Under the pieces are notes generated by a model. It ran no database searches. It saw nothing but the letters and a program-made list of their open reading frames with translations, and was not told the DNA's origin. This document shows, in pieces, positions 19,761 through 30,362 of a DNA stretch of 64,000 nt (position 1 is its first letter; every line of letters starts with the position of its first letter). The stretch comes from Candidatus Obscuribacterales bacterium (lineage in GTDB: Bacteria; Cyanobacteriota; Vampirovibrionia; Obscuribacterales; Obscuribacteraceae). The position numbers were made by a program, and so were the translations under genes. The stretch is taken from the NCBI GenBank assembly GCA_965228855.1, contig CBDDIJ010000003.1, positions 1,632,001 through 1,696,000 on the forward strand. Reading direction: 5' to 3'.

Positions 19761-19905
19761 TCTATCCTCGAAAACTGACTTGGTAAGTAGACGGCTTCTG
19801 GAAGCTTTTGGCGGGCTGCATGACACGATCCATCGTGCTGGCGCGGAGCTCTCATTCTTGTGTACCGAAAATTCGCTGGGATACTAGCTCGGGGCGTCTC
19901 CTCTA

Positions 19906-22900
19906 TCAAACCGTCACCCGCATCACCTTTATGGATAAGTTCAACTGCTGCTTGATTTCGTAACTTGCCAATCCTCCGAGGCTCAACTCATTGTCGATTT
20001 GCTTGAAGAGGTAGTTGACGATACTGTCCCCGGCTTTTCTTGCTACAAGCACGGCAGCAACAAGATCAAGCGTGAACAACCGTTGTTCTGGAATCGATAT
20101 GTTTATCCACACTAGCCGCAAGAAGCCAGCAAGTACTCTCACCAATGATTCGTTCGAGATGGTCTTGTCTTCAAGATGTCTAAAGACAAATCGGACATCT
20201 TCAGTAATTTGCATATCCCGACTTGAAAGGCACCAATACAAATCGTCAGCCCTGATCGGCATAAATGAGTAACTAGATAAGGCTAGCTTGATGATTGCCT
20301 CATGCCATTGATCTCGTGAGATAGCCTCTCTCTCTAGGAACGCTTTGAGAACTGGAACTATCCAAGTTGTCCGTAAACGGAAGATATTTCGGGCGCTTGC
20401 TCTTACAAGCCAATCGTCTGAATAGAAGACTGTGTGCGGCCGCTCCACCGCGATTGCACAAGCAATAAGTCCGGTAGTGCCAAATCTGTCGCATAGTTGC
20501 TCGAACCGAACCTTGCCTCCAGCTAGACATTCGTAGCTGGTTAAAAGCGTGCACTGCTGCATAACGAAATCACGCACTTGCTCAAAAACTCGCCTATCGG
20601 CCTCAATCGCTGACTGGTTCCCTTCCACCATCCGATATGCATCACCATGTTTCACGGCATAGAATTTCTCGCGGTTTCCGTATTCCGATTTCATTAATGC
20701 TTTGCTCAATTCGTCCAATACAAAGGTGGGCACGAAGATTTCTTTGAACTTCCTTATCAGCTGAGGCAGCATGTCTAGGTGTGCGAGCGTGAGAAGGGCA
20801 GACGTATCCAACACCGCATTATCCGCTTTAGCGAATTCCAATTCCTGGTTTAGCGTGCTATCGTCACCGTCAAAACATAGGAAACGAGATTGCCGCCCTT
20901 TCACTAGGTGACACCAGAATTCTGGAGCTGTACAACCCAGACCTTCAGAGGCTCGACCAAATGTAATTTCCTGTCTTTCGTAGGCCGCTAGAATTGTTTG
21001 GACCCATTTCGCGCGACTGTCAACCGAGGCTAGAAGGCGCGCTTCTTGATGTTCTGAGACTGCCTGTATTGCGGTTTCACCAGGAAATCGAGTCCCAAAT
21101 TCAAGGAGTGCTTTTTGAAATGCATGTACATACTTGCTTTTCAATTCTCTAACCACGAGCCTGGTGGAACCTCCCACTAGAATTTCATCGCCCTTTCTCT
21201 TACCAGCCAGCAATGAACCAAGATGTTCTCGCGCTTTGATTTCTTGCGAGTCGACCGAACGCTCATCGTCACCGAGAACGGTAAAAGTTAGTTCTGGCTT
21301 TCCATGCTCCTGACGCAAGATTACCGTCGTGCCAGATGACACCAGATCTGGTGCTTCCAGAAGCGAGGACCTACCTTCAGTATTAACAAAAACCGATACA
21401 TAAAGACTATAGATCCGCGGATCGTTCGGCTCTCTGCGAAAGGCTTCATAGGCGAAGTATATTGATCTTTCAAACTCATTCAAATGGGCATAGATCGAGG
21501 CCAACTCTGCACATGATTGCGGATCTCTTAAAATTGCTGATTCGTCAATCGACGCAAGTAAATGTTTTCCCTCGTCTGTCCGATTTTGTCGTAGGATCGA
21601 TCGAATTAGGCAAAGGCGATATTTTGTATCGTTTGGCACTAAAGAGATCAGATTTCGATACAGTTTTTCCGCTTCCGCAAAGTCACCAATGTACATTGCT
21701 ACGAAGGCTTCAACCTCGCGAATTATAGTCTTTGCCTTGTCTTCAATTCTGAGAGATTGGGCAAGCTCATATGCTTCCTTATAGCTGCCAACATTAGCAA
21801 GAGCAGTAATCTTGAAGGGCAAAGTCCAGTTTCTGAGCCCTTCCACCTGGTCGATAGCATTGAACTGTTCAATCGCCTCTGAGAATTTTTCTGAATGATA
21901 GTAGAGATGACCTAGTTGAGTTCTGGCAAGTGCTCTTTGGGTTACAGTGAGCTTGTCGTCAGAGATCATCTTTGACAGAATTTCAATAGCTTCATCTTCC
22001 CTTTTATCCTGGTTAAGTTGATGCGCATAGATGAATTGCCCATCTACACAGCCTATCCAGCGTTCTCTAATGATGGAAATTATTTTCTGAAGATTTTCGT
22101 TGTCTTTTAATTCCCGGAAGCAAGTAGCTAACAGATCCATCGCCACTAACGAGCGCGCGGAATTGTCGTCGAGAGAATGTTCTCGCAGGATCGCTACAGC
22201 TTCCTCAAAAGCACCTTCTGCGTGGAGTGCGGCTGCTAATGATATTGTTACATCGGCTCCCTGAGCACGAGCCTTTCGAAGAAACTCGATTGCACTTTTG
22301 GTATTGCCCTGCTGAAGGCGAACACTTCCATTCATTCTCAAAACATCTGGATCATTCGGCATGAGCTTTAAAGCCTCATCCAGGTCAGGCAGGGCATCAT
22401 CGAGACGGTCAAGCATAGCCAGAACTGAAGCGCGATTGATAAGTGCATTCACATAGGCTCGGCTGGGATCACGCGATTTGAGAACTGTAAGAGCATCGTT
22501 GAAGTATTTAACGATCTCCTTCAACACAACAACGCTGTCATTCGAAAACTCGTACTTAGCAATCGTCTCCTGATCTCTATCTAGACGGCGGTAAAGAACT
22601 TCCGCCAGCAAAAGTTTCGCTTGTGGGTTCTCTGATTCTTTTTCTAATGCTTGTCTAAAGTACGATTCCGCATCGGACAAATTTCCCTGTTGAACTGCGA
22701 TTTGACCAAACACAAGTAAACCATTTGCAGTTTGAAGCAGCCATTCATTCGCTCTCCGATATTCTTCTAGTCCATCATTACCAGTCAACTGAAGTGCCAT
22801 TAAATGCACGCACGCCGCAAACTCGTTGCGCGAATCGGTAGCTATAGCTTTCTTCGCTTCTGTTAACGCCAGCGTAAATTGGCCCTTAATTGTGTAAAGT

Positions 22901-24111
22901 TGAGCGAGATTCGCAAGCGCGAGACAATCATTGTTTTCGACTTTCAAAGCTTCTTTGAACGAACTTTCGGCCTCTACCAGATCGTCTCGATTAAGCTGGC
23001 AGACTCCACGATTGATCAAAATTTTCCGAATTTTCTCTTCGGATTTTTCATTGCGAGCGCGCACTAAAAGGGACTCGTAATCCCGTTCGGCATCTTTGTA
23101 TCGCCCCTCATCCATCATGTCGCGAACACGCTTCATCTCGTTTGCGAGCGCATCAGATCCATCTCCGGGGCTATCCATTGCGGCTGCTTGCAGCTGCTGC
23201 AAAAATGAGTTTTGCCGTTCCATTACTAAGCGAAGCTCGGCTAGCTCTGCCGACGCGAAAGAACTTACACCTATGGACTGATACTGACTTGAAACCTTTC
23301 TGATGATTTCCTGAAGCATCTCTCCCGTCATACGACGTTGTTCAACACAGGCCCTTTCATAGGCCTCGTGTGGATTTGCTGCGTACAGCGATAAATGTCG
23401 CTCCGCGGTGCGCAGATCTTTCGCGCTTCGTCGCTCCATTGCTGCAATAAGCTCCATCGCTATGGACTTGACTTGACTGAGTGGCAACATGGAGCACTCT
23501 GGAATTTCTGCTACTCTGACAACCAAATCGTTCTCCGCCGCTGCGAAATCTCCGTATTGATCGACCGCCATCTTTTTCAAAACGGTTAGTATTAGATCCT
23601 CGTCTTTACTGTCAAAGCACGTTTTCCACCATGTTCCAGCAACGGTGTAATCAGCTATCTCAGTTGCTGTGCCTTCTGCTACGTCTTTGAGCACCCTTTT
23701 AAGATCTGCGTGCGCTTGCTTGCCTGTAACATTTTCAAATCCGTGGTTGGTTACGAGACGATATTGAATAAACATATCCGGGTATTCTCGCTCAAGTCTC
23801 ACGAAATTCGCGATTGGCTTGACCACTTTCTCTTTATCATTGGCTCGCAGCAACGCATCTCGTTCTGTTTTGACCTGAATGCAATAAAATCGCTCATCGA
23901 CTGTCCGAACAAGAATGTCATCTTCTTGTTCGCAAAATACGCTCTCCAAACCCAAGTGGTTTTTCAGCAGTGCCAAACATTCGTTCGCAGCGCAAATAGC
24001 TTGATAGCGATCACGTTGTTGACTATCAGCACCGGCATCATTCGATGCGATTCGTCTATCAGGTCTCTTCTTACGACTCAAAATTGGGGCATCCTGTTGG
24101 CAGTAAATCAT
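19906..24111 (-). CDS. Cap4/DUF4297-like endonuclease - TPR - GreA/B-C-like - PIN multidomain protein
   Basis: N-terminal GADSQQRDRYQ...FCEQEDDIL...IQVKT; many TPRs; TFTVLG...LLAGKRKGDEI; C-terminal VLDTSAL...FYSDD. Confidence 0.75.
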   Translation of the reverse strand: MIYCQQDAPILSRKKRPDRRIASNDAGADSQQRDRYQAICAANECLALLKNHLGLESVFCEQEDDILVRTVDERFYCIQVKTERDALLRANDKEKVVKPIANFVRLEREYPDMFIQYRLVTNHGFENVTGKQAHADLKRVLKDVAEGTATEIADYTVAGTWWKTCFDSKDEDLILTVLKKMAVDQYGDFAAAENDLVVRVAEIPECSMLPLSQVKSIAMELIAAMERRSAKDLRTAERHLSLYAANPHEAYERACVEQRRMTGEMLQEIIRKVSSQYQSIGVSSFASAELAELRLVMERQNSFLQQLQAAAMDSPGDGSDALANEMKRVRDMMDEGRYKDAERDYESLLVRARNEKSEEKIRKILINRGVCQLNRDDLVEAESSFKEALKVENNDCLALANLAQLYTIKGQFTLALTEAKKAIATDSRNEFAACVHLMALQLTGNDGLEEYRRANEWLLQTANGLLVFGQIAVQQGNLSDAESYFRQALEKESENPQAKLLLAEVLYRRLDRDQETIAKYEFSNDSVVVLKEIVKYFNDALTVLKSRDPSRAYVNALINRASVLAMLDRLDDALPDLDEALKLMPNDPDVLRMNGSVRLQQGNTKSAIEFLRKARAQGADVTISLAAALHAEGAFEEAVAILREHSLDDNSARSLVAMDLLATCFRELKDNENLQKIISIIRERWIGCVDGQFIYAHQLNQDKREDEAIEILSKMISDDKLTVTQRALARTQLGHLYYHSEKFSEAIEQFNAIDQVEGLRNWTLPFKITALANVGSYKEAYELAQSLRIEDKAKTIIREVEAFVAMYIGDFAEAEKLYRNLISLVPNDTKYRLCLIRSILRQNRTDEGKHLLASIDESAILRDPQSCAELASIYAHLNEFERSIYFAYEAFRREPNDPRIYSLYVSVFVNTEGRSSLLEAPDLVSSGTTVILRQEHGKPELTFTVLGDDERSVDSQEIKAREHLGSLLAGKRKGDEILVGGSTRLVVRELKSKYVHAFQKALLEFGTRFPGETAIQAVSEHQEARLLASVDSRAKWVQTILAAYERQEITFGRASEGLGCTAPEFWCHLVKGRQSRFLCFDGDDSTLNQELEFAKADNAVLDTSALLTLAHLDMLPQLIRKFKEIFVPTFVLDELSKALMKSEYGNREKFYAVKHGDAYRMVEGNQSAIEADRRVFEQVRDFVMQQCTLLTSYECLAGGKVRFEQLCDRFGTTGLIACAIAVERPHTVFYSDDWLVRASARNIFRLRTTWIVPVLKAFLEREAISRDQWHEAIIKLALSSYSFMPIRADDLYWCLSSRDMQITEDVRFVFRHLEDKTISNESLVRVLAGFLRLVWINISIPEQRLFTLDLVAAVLVARKAGDSIVNYLFKQIDNELSLGGLASYEIKQQLNLSIKVMRVTV

Positions 24112-24270
24112 GCCCGGCCGGAACTACAACTCTAGAATATCCTTGATGCTATACAAAAGTATGGTACAATTCTACCAAATGAAATCTCATTGTCAAATAA
24201 CACACTGACAGGCACAGAGCCGATTACATTAGGTTAATAGTACTGGACGCTGGATAATGGTCTTTTGTCG

Positions 24271-25038
24271 ATGATAACTCAGGTGACGCTAGAGACGAAC
24301 TCGATTATCTCCCTGGAACAAGGGAGGCCGCAGGCGCCTTTTATCAAAGAGCTAATTACACTGCATGAGGCGGGGACCATAGCTCTACGGGTTGTTGGAA
24401 TTAGTGCTTCTGAACGACAAAAAGATGGCAAGATAGCGCCCAATTACGCCCAGTTCAAACAACTTCTTGAACGAGTGGGGTTAGGTGATGCCAAAGTACT
24501 ATGTCCGCCAGCATACTTTGGTATCACCTACTTCGACGCATCTTTCTTTGGCACTAGAGCCGGTATCATACTGGAAACAGAAATTCATCGAATTCTTTGG
24601 CCCAATCTGCCGTTTCATTTCCAACAGTTCGAGCGTTCTGCCGACAAATCGAATCCTGCATGGATGTGGAAATGGAAAAATCCAAAATGCGACACCTTAG
24701 CGCTGTGGAGTCATATTTGGTATGGTGGCGGAATATTTGTTTCTGATGATGACGTCTTTCATCAACAAACAAAGAAACCCGCGCTTCTGGACTTGGCTGG
24801 CGGCGACATCGTCCGTACCTCGACAGTCAAGGAACGACTGTACGATGGTGCCGAGATCACACCAGTGCCGGAAGACGTGTCGAAGCTCCTTCGCAATACG
24901 GCTATGCGAATTGATCCGCATCAAGTACCAAGGGAATTCAGAATATTCTGGGAACGCCGCCACCAGCCAAGCGCTTCGCCAACAGCTGATTCGCAGAACG
25001 CAAAGTATATGAGAATCGGAGATAACAATCGAAAATAG
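24271..25038 (+). CDS. Putative PIN-like domain protein
   Basis: VTLETNSII (PIN motif I with D replaced by E), KCDTLAL, IFVSDDDVFH. Confidence 0.55.
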   Translation: MITQVTLETNSIISLEQGRPQAPFIKELITLHEAGTIALRVVGISASERQKDGKIAPNYAQFKQLLERVGLGDAKVLCPPAYFGITYFDASFFGTRAGIILETEIHRILWPNLPFHFQQFERSADKSNPAWMWKWKNPKCDTLALWSHIWYGGGIFVSDDDVFHQQTKKPALLDLAGGDIVRTSTVKERLYDGAEITPVPEDVSKLLRNTAMRIDPHQVPREFRIFWERRHQPSASPTADSQNAKYMRIGDNNRK

Positions 25039-25150
25039 GCACGAGCGCTGCGATTTTTTTTCTCGCGGCGCTCATGTCTCATCGCTTCTCAAAAGAGAGT
25101 AATCGTTAGAACTCTGATTTTCTATTGTTTGAGTAAGTTGACTTACCGGA

Positions 25151-26514
25151 GAGATTTTTTCAAATGTTGTGTTCTGACATTATTAGGCGGCCTCTTCTTG
25201 TTTGATACCATCGACAAATTTGATTCCTTGAATCAGCTCTCCAAGCCGTTCTGGTCGATTCAGACGGCGCCAACGTTTTTGTGCGAACATCGATAGTTTA
25301 AAAACCATCGTCAACATCGTGTCTCGTGAGAGCATACCACGAGTCTTTGCCGTTCGCAGACGGACTGTTTGCAAACGTAGATTCTATCGGATTTCTCGTG
25401 CGCACATGGATCCAGTGTTCTGCGGGAAAATCATTAAATGTCAGAAGGACATTTCGATCTTTTGCCAGACACTCAGACGCTTTCGGCCACTTAGCCTCGT
25501 AGCTGTCGACGAAGTGAGCGAATGCTTTTTCTGCTTTCTCCTTGGTCTCGGCCATCCAGATTTGATGCAGGTTATCCTTTGCGCGTGCTTGAATGTGTTT
25601 AGGCAATTTATCCAAAACATTCCCGGTCTTGTGCATCCAACACCTTTGCCGTCGCGTGTCTCCAAACACTTGTGGCAAGGCTTTCCAGAATCCCAATGCA
25701 CCGTCGCCAACGGCAAGCTTGGGTGGGATTATGAGACCGCGTCGCTTCAAGTCGTTCAGTGCTTCCAGCTAGGACTGCTCACTTTCGCGATATCCATCTA
25801 CAACCGTTAGCAATTCCTTGTCACCGTGTTTAGTGGCACCAACGATCACAAGCATCATTGAGCGGCGTCTTCCATGCGCGCTCCGAAGTGCACTCCATCA
25901 ACCCAAAAGTAAACGTATTCCTTGCCTTTCAGCGAGCGTTGTTGCCACTCCTTAAGCTCCTCGCTCCATGCTTCTTTCAAACGGCTGATCGTCGAAGCTG
26001 ACAGTCCTGGAGCATCCTTCCCCAGCAACGCTGCCAGGGCTTCACTGAAATCACCTGTTGACACGCCTTTCAGATACAACCAGGGAAGCAGATCTTCAAT
26101 GCTTTTTGTTCGTCTCAAATATGGCGGAAGTATGCTCGAAGTGAACCACACCTTAGCTCCACTCTTCCGTCTATTTGCCACTCTTGGTGCTTTAACCGTG
26201 ATGTCGCCAATTCCAGTTTGTATAGTTCGCTCAGGCAGGTAACCATTTCGGGTTACCATGCGGCTTCCGGATGAATCACGAACCTGATCGAATTGCTCTA
26301 GAAATCTTTCAACTTCGTCTTCCAGAGCGCGCGTCAACATTTCCCGTGCGCCCTTCCGGCAGATTTCCGTGAGCGGATCTTCGGTAACAACCTCTGGCTT
26401 TTTCAGCTCAAGGACTGTATCTTTCTTCATTAGGCGTATCTCCTTTCTTTGTGGTTATTGAAAGAATACGCCACCTTACTCAATTACTCAAAACACAACT
26501 TCTGGCAAAAACTC
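25151..26514 (-). mobile_element. IS256-family insertion sequence, inactivated
   Basis: 27-bp imperfect terminal inverted repeats (21/27 match: GAGATTTTTTCAAATGTTGTGTTCTGA vs GAGTTTTTGCCAGAAGTTGTGTTTTGA); no matching flanking target duplication. Confidence 0.88.
25183..26430 (-). pseudogene. IS256 (mutator-type) transposase with two frameshifts
   Basis: RNGYLPER, YLKGVSTGD, YFWVDG, GDGALGFW, QRCWMHK, NPIESTFA; 1-bp loss near 25856 and 1-bp gain near 25374. Confidence 0.92.
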
Positions 26515-26627
26515 TTTCAGCTGCTACCGAGCCAATTATCGCGCGCGTCGCATCCGTAGATAAGTTTCAGGGGCAAAGGGATCAACACTAGTGCTGTGTC
26601 TCACACTTTCGGATGCGTATCAAACCA

Positions 26628-29600
26628 TTACGCGCCAGTCCTGCCCATCTTTTCTGCGTCAGCTTTCTCTTTCTTCCCATTTTTTTGAGGCAACCGTTCG
26701 GTAAGCAGCTCCGTTAGTCTCTCCAGTTGGACTCGCTGAGCCTCCAGTGCCGTCAGAACATGGTCAAGCTCAGATGTTTCGTCGTCAGAAATAAACGTAG
26801 CCTCTAGTTCATTCAATCTGTTTTTGCTGTGACCTACTAGCCGACGACTGCAGTCGATTTCAAGTTCATCATCATTACAATTTCCAGTTGATAAATTTGG
26901 GGCGGGATTCGCCATGGTAGTAAATGGTGTTGAATCAACTACACCTAATGCTACCGATAACAGACTCAATTTCGCAATACCTTCGGCGAACAGAAGATTC
27001 GTCTCCATGTGCGCTTTTAGTTGTGGCGCAATGGACTTTATAAACGTAGTCTTTAGGTTCTGTGCATTGTTGGAATGTTTGCCTATTTCCAAATCACCTG
27101 TCCGTGGAAGCTCTTCCTCCTTCAGATTGGATAAAATTCCGTCGACTATTATGTCAACTGTCGGGAGTCTATTCGCTCCCCGAAACATCTCCAATATAGC
27201 TTGATTTTGAAAATATGAGTTCGGCAAACACACGGCAAACACGTGTTCGAGATTCGATCGTTTTTGAAGAATATTTTTTCCAGAGAATTCATGAATCGCG
27301 GTTATGATTTCTCTCCCCAATTCTCTTTGTCTCTCGGCGAACCAGCCTCTGATAGCCTCTTGTACCGGTTCTATACAAGACTTCCAAAGCTCAGAGTCGA
27401 GGTTCTGAGAATATTCGGCTACGTTTTTCGAAATATCCCTTTTCCAAAACAAATCAAACTCCGTACGCGCAAGATCTCTCCTTCCACTTGGTTCCGGATT
27501 CACTGGATCGGTAAATGCGTGCTCCGGAAGCCAACTCGATTCTTTTGACCGGCAGCGTAACCGCAAGATCCTGTACCAGCCGAGACCAGGTAAATCGCCA
27601 AGAAGTTTAACTTCGAGAGTCAAAACAGCTGATGCGTTACCATGGACTTTATCCTTCACTAGTTTCGTTTCCGTCCAACCATCATCTGCAGCCTTGCCGT
27701 GCCGAACAGTCACTTCTCGGTAGGTCCAGTGCACATCAACAAATTTATGTTCGCTAAATGAAATACGAGGTGTGAGCAATCCTAAAATGATAGCGGCTTG
27801 GATATCACGAGTAGTTACATAGTCAAACAGCTGAAGCGGCAGACCAGGAACAATTCTCTCATCAAGACTCCACTCACCGTAAGCAGCAGGCTGAAATACG
27901 CGCACGTTGCGTCCGTGAGCCCGTTCAACTGAAACCTTCTGATTGAAGAGATTTACTTTTTCGTTTATGTTGTTTGACATTTCAGTAAGGGCGTTCAGAT
28001 AATCATCGAACAGAGTTTCGAATGTGCTGACTTTCACACTTCCATCACCGTTGAAGACCAACTGTGTGAGTTTGTTTTGAGAGTCATCTGCAATTGCACG
28101 ACATTCGGACGCATCTACTTTCAGAAGTTCTTTATTACTCACGCTGGTTAAATCAAAGTCAGCTGCAAGCTTGATCATCGCATTGCATCCAAGTAACCAC
28201 AGAGCGGGGTTGGCTATCCGACTATCCGCAGCGATCCCAGTTTTTCGTTGAATTAGGTCGGCAACAGACGAAACACACGACCAATACTTTATCTCGTTAC
28301 TTGCTAATCCCTCGCCAGGTATATTGCTGCCCGTCCAAATTTGCTGAGTCGCAGTCTTTGTGGCGATGCTGGAAAAACTCATTCGAAATGATTCAAACTT
28401 TTCGTCCGATATGTGCGGAATTCTTTTTTCACGATATAAGTTTCCTTGTTTGGCAGCCTCGGATATGAGGCGACCATCTTGTTGAAAAGATACCTCCTGA
28501 AAGTAAGTCTCCATATCCGACCGAAGAATCTCGATATAGTTTAGAATTGCCAACGATATCTGTTTGATTTCAGTTACTTCGAGGTGCGTAATTCGTTGCG
28601 CTAACAAGACCCTATCGAACATTTCAAACATATCGCGATGCATTTCCGCGAGAGCCCTATCGATCCGTTGGAATCCCTCGATCATTATGCTGCGTAATTC
28701 ATTCAGCTGCTCCCTAATGACTTGAAGTTGTTCAAGAATCATTTGATCCGTGCTTGGTCCAAAGCCGCTCACAAAACTAGATACAATGCCGACCACGTTT
28801 CCGCTGAATGCAAGTGCTGTCATAGCAGTGGCCTTCGCGCCCATATCAGCAAACTTCTCTAGGTTTGCGCAGAATTTGGAAGTTGCATCCACCAGGTCAC
28901 AGATCGCTGTGCCAAAGTTTGTAATTTTATCCCCAGTATCTCCACCTACAATTTTCCCGATGAGATACACAGTGGCACGAGCGGACTCCTGAGTGAGCTT
29001 TTGAAATTCAAGTTGCTTTTGCGCCTGCACTTCCCTCTCTATTTTTTGTTTGATCAGTTCCGCTCTTTTCTCCTCCTCGGTATTCGCTCGCAAAACTGCA
29101 TCACTTAAAGAATTCGTCGACTGTCCAAGGTCTCCAAGTTTCTTTGCATTCTCGGAAATCAGAACCTTCATCTCTTGCAGACGCTTGTCGTTGTCCAGCA
29201 ACATCGCGTTTACATCTGTCTCGCTCAGAGATCCATCGGGCTTTATTCGACGTAGCAATTCGTCAGCTCTAATAAACTCAGGCGAAAAACGCAAATTGTC
29301 CAGGGTCGAATTAACTGGCGAAACACTTCCCATTTCCGGAGATAACGAAAGTGTAAACACTCTGGCTGCGTCCGAAGAACTATGCGATTTGTTGTAAATT
29401 TCAGTGAAGACTGAGTCGCACCACTCACGGTGATGTCGATCGTAAGAAAGAAGGGATCTTTGGGCCTGCATCTGAAGGTCTTCACCAACAGTAAATTCAG
29501 CAAATTTACTGTAACCTCGCAGAAACAGGGCCGATGCTGCTGCTGCTTTGCCCATGCCCGGAACAAATTCGCCGACATCCTTAGCCGCGTCAATCCAGTC

Positions 29601-29858
29601 ATTCAGGTCTCTGAGCGGCGTGCCAGACAGAACATCTCCTGAAGCTCGAGCTCTCAAGTTGTTGTACTCTGTTCGTCGCTCGTTTAATAGCCTGTTTATC
29701 TCGTTCACGTCCGGTGCGCGCCCTGCGGCTTCTGCCGCTCTAACCGCTTCAAGCGCTGTGGCAGCGGTCAAACCCGCGAGTGGATCAGAGGCGCTACGAG
29801 CGCATGCGACTGAGACATATGTATTCTTCTTCAATTCATCGGTCGAAATTGCAGACAT
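26628..29858 (-). CDS. Large coiled-coil hypothetical protein (1076 aa)
   Basis: Long open frame with RBS GAAGGGGA; coiled-coil segments flank a hydrophobic stretch. Confidence 0.8.
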   Translation of the reverse strand: MSAISTDELKKNTYVSVACARSASDPLAGLTAATALEAVRAAEAAGRAPDVNEINRLLNERRTEYNNLRARASGDVLSGTPLRDLNDWIDAAKDVGEFVPGMGKAAAASALFLRGYSKFAEFTVGEDLQMQAQRSLLSYDRHHREWCDSVFTEIYNKSHSSSDAARVFTLSLSPEMGSVSPVNSTLDNLRFSPEFIRADELLRRIKPDGSLSETDVNAMLLDNDKRLQEMKVLISENAKKLGDLGQSTNSLSDAVLRANTEEEKRAELIKQKIEREVQAQKQLEFQKLTQESARATVYLIGKIVGGDTGDKITNFGTAICDLVDATSKFCANLEKFADMGAKATAMTALAFSGNVVGIVSSFVSGFGPSTDQMILEQLQVIREQLNELRSIMIEGFQRIDRALAEMHRDMFEMFDRVLLAQRITHLEVTEIKQISLAILNYIEILRSDMETYFQEVSFQQDGRLISEAAKQGNLYREKRIPHISDEKFESFRMSFSSIATKTATQQIWTGSNIPGEGLASNEIKYWSCVSSVADLIQRKTGIAADSRIANPALWLLGCNAMIKLAADFDLTSVSNKELLKVDASECRAIADDSQNKLTQLVFNGDGSVKVSTFETLFDDYLNALTEMSNNINEKVNLFNQKVSVERAHGRNVRVFQPAAYGEWSLDERIVPGLPLQLFDYVTTRDIQAAIILGLLTPRISFSEHKFVDVHWTYREVTVRHGKAADDGWTETKLVKDKVHGNASAVLTLEVKLLGDLPGLGWYRILRLRCRSKESSWLPEHAFTDPVNPEPSGRRDLARTEFDLFWKRDISKNVAEYSQNLDSELWKSCIEPVQEAIRGWFAERQRELGREIITAIHEFSGKNILQKRSNLEHVFAVCLPNSYFQNQAILEMFRGANRLPTVDIIVDGILSNLKEEELPRTGDLEIGKHSNNAQNLKTTFIKSIAPQLKAHMETNLLFAEGIAKLSLLSVALGVVDSTPFTTMANPAPNLSTGNCNDDELEIDCSRRLVGHSKNRLNELEATFISDDETSELDHVLTALEAQRVQLERLTELLTERLPQKNGKKEKADAEKMGRTGA

Positions 29859-30362
29859 GATTCATCCCCTTCACGATAGCTAGGCAAACAATCACCGAGA
29901 CTGACCAAAGCGCAGCCCTTACTGTGCACGACGGCACAGTCCAAATAACGCCGGCTAATCGCAGGCTGTGTGTTAATTCAAGACTCTGAACATCCTGTTA
30001 AGAGATATGGCAGAAGATGAGCGCTTACATTATTTATATTGCCATTCACTCATGTCTTCTACGATTGATTGCACAGAGACTATACATCCGCAATTGATGC
30101 GACGGGTAATAGGTGATGAACAATCAAAATCTGCTGACGATGCTAACTAATTCGCCCCCATAGCTAAATGAAATTAGAATCAACAGGCAATCGTGATCCC
30201 CAAAAGTGGTCGTGTTAAACACGACCTTCTCGAGCGGGTCATTGCAGGATATTCGCAGAAGAAAAAGGATTCCAAATGTATCGATGGAGTATAGCAAACC
30301 CAATCCTTTTTTCAATGACCCAAATGGGTTATTGAAATTTATGTGAGTTTCTCTCAAATGTT

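Noticed and set aside
19906..24111. CBASS or Lamassu system, suggested by the Cap4/DUF4297-like domain
   Set aside because: No CD-NTase, SAVED domain or SMC-like gene is recognisable in the window
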